From NCBI GenBank assembly GCA_000934665.2, contig KZ538919.1:1-40181 (forward strand): DNA of 40,181 nt. Reading direction: 5' to 3'. Position numbers and translations under genes: made by a program. Of this stretch, positions 12,564 through 21,500 are shown piece after piece; position 1 is the first letter of the stretch; each line of letters opens with the position of its first letter. Origin of the DNA: Catajapyx aquilonaris (Eukaryota). Under the pieces are notes generated by a model. The model was not told the origin of the DNA. It did no database searches and saw nothing but the letters and a program-made list of their open reading frames with translations.

Positions 12564-15500
12564 ATGGCCGCCGAGGGGGGATCCACTAAGCGGACCAAGC
12601 GACTCCACTCGGCCAAGCCGTATCAGAGGCCAAAGGTCAGTCTCATCGTCCTAGGCCTAGCTCATCTCCTTTCGCGCCCTCCCCCCTCCTGCCTCCTCTG
12701 TTCTCGCTGGCACTGACCATGCCTGCGCAACACCTACCTTGCAGTCTCTGATGAGGAGGGTCACGGACACTGTGTCCGGCCTCATCCCGTGGCTGAGTGG
12801 TGGAGCCAGACGCGGAATGCCGCATCTGGACCAGCAGCAACAGCAGCAGGAAGAACAGCAGCAGCAGAGCAGGAGCGGCCTCAACCTGGAAGTTGTTCGG
12901 GGCGGGCCCAAGCCCAGGATACCACTCAACTCCACTCTCCAGGACGAACAGCTGCCTGCTGCCTCCAGTCAGCCACCCGCAACCTGGGGGTTCGGCAGAG
13001 ACTCCGACACGCCAGCAGCAGCAGGTGAACAGCATGCACAACTCCTGTTTGTTTGATGCGCAACACAAACTCTGTGTTGGAATTTTGTTATTGTGGATGC
13101 TTGAAGCTGCTTGTGGTTACGTAACAAGGACCCCATTTAGCATTTGCAGGCTTAAGTGTTGTTTGCCAAATTGTATTGATAAGAGAGGTGAGTCATGTAG
13201 AGCTGCATTTGCAGTTGCATATTTGTCCTAGTCCTGTGAGTTTTTGAGATGCACATCATTTAGCACTATCATGAGATTATAATGCACCTTTGGTATTATC
13301 GATATTGAAGCAGAAGCATACAATGCTGTGCAGTAGGCACCAAGTTTCATCCTAAACACGAGTTCAGTATGTGCAATTAGTAAAGAATAGTCTTTGCATT
13401 TTCCTTTCTTGATTTGCTAGAGTCAAACAATGAAATTTACTGCTATCATTACACACTTTGGCATGTTGTGGAATGTGAACCATAAGTATTTGAGATGATT
13501 TTGTGCATCACGTGTTGCTAAGCATAGTGAATTATCTGTTTACAGATGTTTTAGTGATGGAAAGCTCTAGGCCATTTCTCTTGGCGGATGAGTCATTGGC
13601 CGGTCCAAGCCATGAGTTTGTGGCGTCCACTCCAGCACTAGATACTTCAAGCCAAGGGAACCATTTTACATCACCAGCAGCGGGTGAGTTGAAATACTGT
13701 ATATTGAAATGATAACAATAGTAATAATTATAATAATTGAAATACTTACACTGCAGGCTTGTAGTGTAACAAGGCCCACCTCCTTGCTTCCTTCTTGGCC
13801 TGACTTTTCATACAAAAAAGTGGTGCTTCTCTGTTTCCTGAAAGCCACTGGATTTTGTTTTATCTGGAATGGCCCTACGAGTCTGTTATAGGGAACTTCG
13901 GACTTGTCAAATTTTCGGGGAGATGTCATCATGCAGCAAAAGGAGTAAACAGTGTCAACAACAGAACAATTTGACCAGAAGCAAGGTGACACTGTTGACT
14001 CCTTTTGCTGGTGGGAGAGGGGGGCGTTCCAGAAAAATCCATAGTGTGTTGACCTGCTGGCCTTGCACTAGTTGTGATGATTAATAAACAGACAGCACAT
14101 CGGGGTGTGGAACCTTGACAGTTTTGTCGGCCTGTAGTTTTCCCATATGGTGTTCAAGAAACTGAAAAGTACCAAAAAATGGTTTCAGAGAGATTGATTA
14201 TGATGTAGTCTATACTGTATTTACTCGAATGTAAGAAACCCTTTTTTGTCTTTAAAAAATATGGGAAAAAATAGGGTGTCTTAGAATCAGGTACAAAGCA
14301 TTCTTCCTAGCTAATAGGATTATATTCTGTTTGTAAGACATGCATTTGCCTGCTTCTTCATCTTCATGCAATCTAGAATGCTAGTTGACCGAAGGGATTT
14401 GGCTAATTTCTTAACGAGTGACTTGCATCAAGAGAAAGATGTGAACTAACCAAGATAGGACTGGCAGTGGTAGCAGATTGGATTTTGACTGCATGGGATG
14501 ATTGTCTGTTCACTTGTTAGGCGATCTTTTCATAAATGCATGGCATATCTAGTGCACTAGATGGTACTGATGATGACAAACTTTTGGACCTTGATAGTGA
14601 CAAAGACTGTGCTGACTGATGAGAATAGTGACAGTAAGAGTAATGATTAGGATGAAAGTGAGTATGTTAAGAGAACCATGTGAGTAAGTAGAGAGAGAGA
14701 GAGAGAGAGGTACAAAAATTTTTACATGTGACTACTCAAAACTTGGGTGGAATTTTCGTCCCACTGCTAGTTACTGCTAACTGAGTACCACTGCCAACAC
14801 TGGTTTTACTAAGTTAGCAGTAACTAGCAGTGGGCGAAAATTCCACCCTAGGGGTGCGACTTTAGATTTGGTGACAACTTGGATTCGAGTAAATACGGTA
14901 ATCAGTGATATTGATTTTGGGTGTCATGTGGTTGATTGTGTCAGTGATCAAATGATCAGCGTTGTTATTGTTGTCCCAATGATATGGATTCATTGCTTTT
15001 GCGGTAGTACTGCTGAATTTGTAGCTGCAGAAGGGAATGATGATTCTTGAAGTCATTGTAATGTTTGATTTTATTGTATGGAGATGGTCTTAGGGCATTC
15101 TCTCCCATGTTCATGTGGATCCTTCTTATTCTGTAGTAACAATACAGGTTGAGAATCCTTGATCCGAAATGCTTGGGACGGCAGTTTTTCGGAATCCAGA
15201 ATATAGACATTTGCGTCTATAAAATGGGACATTTGTGATGGGATAAATGCCTTAACACAATAGCCATTTACATTTCTTAATAGATGTCATACATAAACCC
15301 TGTAGCAGGGGTCGAATTTTAAAATTTTTGTCCAGGTGCAAAGTTTCCACTCCAGACTTTAATCTGGAGTGCAAATCGCTTACTTGGAGTGCTTAATTTT
15401 AATTACTCACAAGGGAAGGTCATGGGGTGAAAATGACGGATCTTGATGAAATTTAACATGCTAATACAGGACAATATACGAGGGTGATAGGTCAGAAGGG

Positions 15501-18470
15501 CATATGAGCCTGTAAGGGAATTTTACATGAGAGGAAAAAAACGTTTCATTATTTCAATATTCATTATAATTTTGCAACTTTTTTGTGCAGCACACATCTT
15601 CTCTGCATTGAAACGTGTGTTTGCTGCACAAAAAAGTTACAAAATTATAATGAATATTGAAAGAATGAAACTTTTTTCCCTCTCCTGTAAAATTCCCTTA
15701 CAGGCTCATACGCCCTTCTGACCTATCACCCTCGTTATGATACCAAAAAATGAAATATTTCGTGCCGAACCCCATATTTGCAAAAGTTATGACGTCTTCA
15801 AGTTCCAAAAATAATACATTTTCATACTCCATGGGATTACATTAGCGACCACATATAATGACATTGAAGTGTGTAATCAGTTTCTAGACCTTTTCTCATC
15901 GGAAAAAAGTCATACAGAACGACTCTGGCCGTCCGTCCATCCGTCTGTGGACAGGTATCAAGGCCTAAACCGTAAGAGATAGCGACAAACGGTTTTCATA
16001 TTTGGATTGAGCGTGACCAAAATAGGTTTCATGGTCAACTTCTGGTGACCCGCCACTTCCGGTCTTCCGGGTTCACTCTATCCGCACAAGTCTACTTTAC
16101 GGGCGGGTTATCGTTGGATTTCGAAGTTAGTTTCCGTGTATTCCTGACCGTGTTTTTCGGGGATTTACTCCGGGTTTTACCTGACTCTCTGGCACAGGGG
16201 CTGTGGAATTTATTCCTGACGTCGGACATGTTTGCAATGAGCGTCATCGACCGCCATGATGTTATCGCCCAAGCCGATACTGGAATCGATATGTTGCCTA
16301 GGTTACGATATATCGATTCACATGCTCCCTGAAAGAATGAGAAAAGGTCTAGAAACTGATTACACACTTCAATGTCATTATATGTGGTCGCTAATGTAAT
16401 CCCATGGAGTATGAAAATGTATTATTTTTGGAACTTTAAGACGTCATAACTTTTGCAAATATGGGGTTCCGCACGAAATATTTCATTTTTGGGTATCATA
16501 ATTATATTGTCCTGTATTAGCATGATCAATTTCATCAAGATCCGTCATTATCACCTCGTGACCTTCCCTTGTCAATATAGCCCTGTTTAAAAGCAGAGCC
16601 AATTGGAGTGCAAATTGCACCTTTGGATCCGAATATTTCGACCCCTGCTGTAGGTAGTTTCATATACATTTTAAATATTTTGTATACTTTCAGATGCAGG
16701 TAATGACACTAGTAATGTCACACTCACATTGTCATTGAAATTTCCATTTGTAATGCGTCATGTCAGAACTAAAAAATCTTTCGGATTTTGGAGGTTTTCG
16801 GATTTCTGATGAAGGATTCTCAACTGGTATTGCAAAAAATTACTGATGCTAAGGACATTGGACATAATAGTGAAAGTCACCCTGTGAGAGGCCTGTGACC
16901 TCTGGGACTTCTATTTAAAAGCTAGACTCTATTAAGTGACACCTTCGTAATAATTAGTTGGGAGGAAGCTGGAGTACTCTTGAGAAATATTATGCAAACA
17001 CTGACATATCATTCAAAATGCTTTCAATATGAGGAAATCTTCAGTGCAATCCTAAAGAGGCTGTGGCACTAACCACTATGCCAAGTTGTCTTTGGAAGTG
17101 TTATACAGGGTGACTAAAGTCTGGATACAGAGGTAATTGGATTGTATTGTTGGTTGCCAGTTGTGCCAACTCCCAAGTGCCAACCATACCAACTCGTCCT
17201 TTACTGACTGACAACAATCTGCTAGTTGGCACAACTGGAAACCAACAATACAATCCAATTACCTATGTATATCCAGACTGTAGAGTCACCCTGTATTATA
17301 AAAATATCTGAGATTCAGTGAAAGAGAGACCACGTTATCCAGTGCAAGTGTTGTATTACAATCTCAAACATTTGCAGATGACAAGTCCGATGCCAGTGGA
17401 TCAACCAGTGGTTGCTCATCGATGAACCCACAAGTGGAGAGTAGGCGTGAACCAACCAGGTCTAATCCCCCACTAGGCATTTTTGGAGGGAGAAGTGAAG
17501 CAAGAGGAGGAGGCATAGCAAGTCAATCTGACTCTCGTCGAAGGAGTGGGAGAAAAGTGCTAAACATCTCAAAGAATGAGCTGGACATAGATGACACCAA
17601 AGACTCAGGTATTTAAATAAAATTTATTTGGGGAGAATTTCTGCAACCTTTGCATGGCATGTTAGTTGTGGTCACATACACTGCTTGTTGCAGGATGTGA
17701 GGAGTAGAGAAAGAAATTTGGTGCAAAACTCCTGCAGACAGTGTACAGTTTCATGACTAAAATACTTTACTTTTCAGAGAGTGGTAGTGTACGTGATGTC
17801 CATAATGGGAAGCGTTCTTCGGAAAATGGAGGATCTACATCATCAGCTCCAGCAAGTCAGAGTTCCAGTAAGCGGCCCAGGTTTAATCCATCTATATTTG
17901 GATCACCTGTGTGGGTAAGTGTCACAAAAAATGATTGTGTGACAACTTCATCTCAATTGAGTTTGAATGACCCAGTCCTGAAAAGTTTTGCAGATTTCAG
18001 TTTTACAGTGCTTATAGGTAAAGGGATATGCACCATAACTATGAATAACCCGTATCCAGTGTGTTCCAACTGAATTGCCTGTAATGGTCAGAAATTTGCT
18101 GGTCCTAGGCAACCTATTATTAAGCAGTAACTGTTGAATACAGGAAGTCCTCCTTTTAAGCCGTTAATTGGTTCCAGCAAAATGCGGCTGTAACTGGCGT
18201 AAAACGAGATAAAATTATAATGTAAGTAAATGAGATAGGTTCCAAAATTTACAAAAGTTTTCCATGAGCAGTACCAATATTGCTGTTTTTAATGTTGAAT
18301 ATTGATATAACATTGATTAATTGGAGGTACCAAGTTGAGGGCCATCGGGTTCTGGGGGCTCCTCTCCTTCTTTTGGCAAGAATTGCAGTACACGTTGGGT
18401 ATTTAACAACGGTTAGAGTAGGCCTCCTTTGGGGAGTGCTGAGACCAACAATATGGTACTGTATATATCA

Positions 18471-18530
<60 letters not shown>

Positions 18531-18558
18531 TAACAATAATAGTAATAATAATAATAAC

Positions 18559-18594
<36 letters not shown>

Positions 18595-21500
18595 TCATAC
18601 CACGTTATCAGCTGGCAGCTCTTTAGGGGGGGAGTTCATCCCAATTTGTTCTGACTGGAACTCTTTGGATAGGAATGGAAGGAAACGGCTGTGGCCTATT
18701 ATTTAGGAAGCAATCCCGGAATTCTCCTGGGGGGAGCGTGGGAAACCACAGAATACCACGGTTAGGATTGCCGGCCCCGGGACTCGAACCCGGGACCTCC
18801 CGATTAGCAGTTGAACACCTTATCCACTCCACCAAACTGCTTCGGTCACTGTATATATCAATAGAACCTGCCAAAAGGCACCATGAAAAACAAAAGGAGA
18901 GGCTTTACGGTTGTGTGTTTGGGCTCCGAAGTGTTGCAGTGATGTGTTTATGTTCAGATTGTGTTATCAAATTTTTCAAAACATTTCAATAAAAACAATT
19001 TCAAATGAAATTTTAAAACCAGCATTAATGTGAAACGGCATAAAATGGAGCAGGGTAAAACGGGTACTTCATGTATATTGTTCCTCTCCCCACCCTCTTG
19101 AACTGGTCACTTAGTCACTACACCACCCAGTATGTACTGTGTCAGGATCATGGTATAGGGCAGCAGTTTTCAACTGATGTTCCACAAAACCCAAAGGTCC
19201 TGCAAGCCTGTCTGCAGGGTTCTGAGAAGATATTTGGGGTAATGGCTAGGCTCTAGTCAGGTGACATCTAAGTCTCAGTATTGCAGTGTGTCCAAACATG
19301 GGATTGCTTGGACAAAAATGGAAAAACCAAATTGGCAGAGTCGTGTCAAATCTGTCCTAATGTAAGAAAGTAGTGTCTGAACAATAATAAAAATCGCTTT
19401 GGTAGGTTCGGTTGCGATGGGTTTTATGCCAGGCAGGTACTCAAGTCGAGTGTTCGCCTGCCACCTTTGTGTGTGTATTCAGTCGGATTCGATTGGTCAT
19501 GAAAGAAAGGTCACCGCATTTCCAAATTCAGGCTCATCCAGATTTTAAGCGGTATATAAAATACCTCAGGCTGAGCATTACTCAACTCTCATGTGGCAAT
19601 TTGAATGTGACCTTGAAATGCCGGTACCAGTCATTGAGGCTTCCATTACGCGCTTATGTCATAAAATTGGGGAAGGCGTGGTGGCCGAGAGGGTAACGTC
19701 TCGGCTTGCTGTGTGGAATGTCCCGGGTTTGATCCCTGTTCGGAGGTTCCTTCGGCCTGCGTCAGTGGGTCTCAGGCCCTCGCCTAAGAAGGCGTCTTGG
19801 CAACCTAGCCTTCTGGGGGACTGCACATGACCCATTTCCAACAATGCACTTGCACTTGTGTCTCCTTCCCAAAAATTCCTATCCTTACCCTATTTCCTTA
19901 CTTCCCTGTAGAGAGAATGAAGAAAAACTGATGGTGGCATGCCACCCCCCTATAACGACTTACAGTTGTGTCACGGGGCAAAATAAATAAAAATAAATAA
20001 ATATGTCATAAAATTCCTCTCATTGTAAAGACAAAAAGTTGCAGATTACACCAAATTTCACTTCGAATCACACATTAAATGAAAGACTAGACTCCCCAGT
20101 TATAGACTCTCTTCGTTAAAGGAGGTCACATTTGTCGGGGTAGCAGTATGCTACCCAGACAAAAGGTGCAATTATGTGCACTTAAAACAAAGTGAATCTA
20201 TGACTGGGGAATCTGGTCGTTCATTTGGTGTGTCATTCAAAGTGAAATTCACTACTTTTTGTCTTACAAATCAGAGGAAAGTCGTGATCATACCGTGACA
20301 AATATGCGTGGAGTGGGAGTCTTTGTCCAAGCATTCACGCGTTTGGCCACACTGTGTATTGGTAGCACTTCTCTACTTCACGATTCTCATGCTAGAAACG
20401 TAAACACTGGAAAGTGTGCAGGGGCCACACACATGTAATAAATACAGGGTGTCCAAAATGAACTTCCCTAGTTTCAAAGAGAGCTAGAAAATACAAATGC
20501 AGAGTATTTAAGGTTTTGGTTGTTTAAATGATCTGGAGACTCAACAAGTTTCATCCTGAATTCTTGGAATGGCCTAAGTGATGTGGTGGAGCTCCTATGG
20601 GGTATGCCGTCGGAAGATGCAAACATAGCATCTGCAGAGGGAAAAACGCAAGTTGTGTGGTGGTTAGTCGACATTTCATCTTTGTAAAATTCTAAGACAG
20701 AGTGTATGCATCTAAAGTGGACAGCCCAAATAAGGACGTGTCCTTCACCACCGATAACATGCTGGAGAGAACCTCGGGGAGGGAGATTATTGGATTAAAA
20801 TTGTGCTTGCCACTAAGGGAGCACATAATTATGGAAGGCTACTGATTTTTTTTCATAAACCTGATGAGTCGCCCTTCTCATTTGTACAATTTCAACACCA
20901 TGTTCCAGTAACTTGCGTAATGGTAGCAAGTGGAAACTAGGGTGGTTCATTGTGGACATGCTGCATAGATGAGGATACTATGGCTGCTGTTAGGTATGCA
21001 TAAAAATTGTGCCTCACGGGACAGTATTGTACAGTGCCTTGGCAAAGTTTTTATATCAAAATGGGTTTTGTGAGAAGAAAAAGGTTGAAAAAGATTGAAT
21101 ATGCTGACCTAGGGCATGCTGTTATATTGCTTGTGTGATTTAGACCCATGTTTCTAATTGATCTTTTTGCAGGGTGTTCGTAAGGCACCATCAGTGGAGA
21201 GCCTCAGTGAGTCATCCTTCTATTCTGGGAAGATCACCTTTGGTGGTGCCTCGGCTTACCGCAAGTCTCGCCTCCTTGGAGCCCGTTACCTAACCCCTCC
21301 CCTTCCTCCCTCAAATGCCCAACCTAGCCGCAAAAGGGAGGCTAGCCTACCTGAGCAGGCGGCCATGAGCAGCACCACCCGGAAGATCCTGCAGACCTTA
21401 CAGAAGATGTCCACTCCAGTGTTGGATGCAAGAAGGATTCCTCTTCTACGGGGTGCAGAGAGGACACTTGCTGAGGCCAGTGAAATCTTGTCTGAAAGGC

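Larger units (their letters stand above)
14215..14898 (+). mobile_element. Internally deleted Tc2/pogo-type DNA transposon with transposase C-terminal relic
   Basis: TIR CtGTATTTACTCGAAT / ATTCGAGTAAATACGG, flanked by TA on both sides. 14461-14590 reads LAVVADWILTAWDD...VRRSFHKC/GISSALDGTDDD with frameshifts, matching the pogo/Tc2 C-terminal motif (W..AW...SFKKCGISNALDGTEDD). Confidence 0.85.
15306..16647. mobile_element. CAGGGG-terminated MITE with 6-bp TSD, nest layer 2
   Basis: TIR CAGGGGTCGAA / TTCGACCCCTG, with TSD CTGTAG at 15300-15305 and 16648-16653. Subterminal GGAGTGC repeats. About 177 bp without its insert. Confidence 0.8.
15145..16827. mobile_element. Tigger4/Zombi (MER46)-like non-autonomous pogo element, outer layer of nest
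   Basis: TA|CAGGTTGAGAATCCTTGATCCGAAATGCTTGGGAC ... TTTCGGATTTTGGAGGTTTTCGGATTTCTGATGAAGGATTCTCAACTGG|TA. About 335 bp once the nested insert and its TSD are removed. Confidence 0.8.
18141..19073. mobile_element. Old Tigger/pogo-like non-autonomous element hosting a SINE
   Basis: Degenerate TIRs with TA flanks: TA|CAGGAAGTCCTCCTTTTAAGCCG and CAGGGTAAAACGGGTACTTCATG|TA. Confidence 0.6.

Noticed and set aside
11601..13231. Many overlapping 60-150 aa ORFs on both strands
   Set aside because: A by-product of the GC-rich promoter; only the Nup153 exon 1 and 2 frames have homology support.
14074..14165. Box C (GTGATGA) and box D (CTGA) at snoRNA-like spacing in Nup153 intron 3
   Set aside because: No terminal stem and no rRNA-complementary guide that I can recognise.
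16651..16663. TAGGTAGTTTCAT, identical to the start of miR-196
   Set aside because: Lies inside the Tigger-like element at a TSD junction, with no precursor hairpin.
17632..17743. Two weak hairpins plus ACA in Nup153 intron 4
   Set aside because: No H box between the hairpins, and the stems are short.
18280..18654. Poly-Asn and poly-Tyr ORFs
   Set aside because: Translation of the (AAT)n SINE tail.
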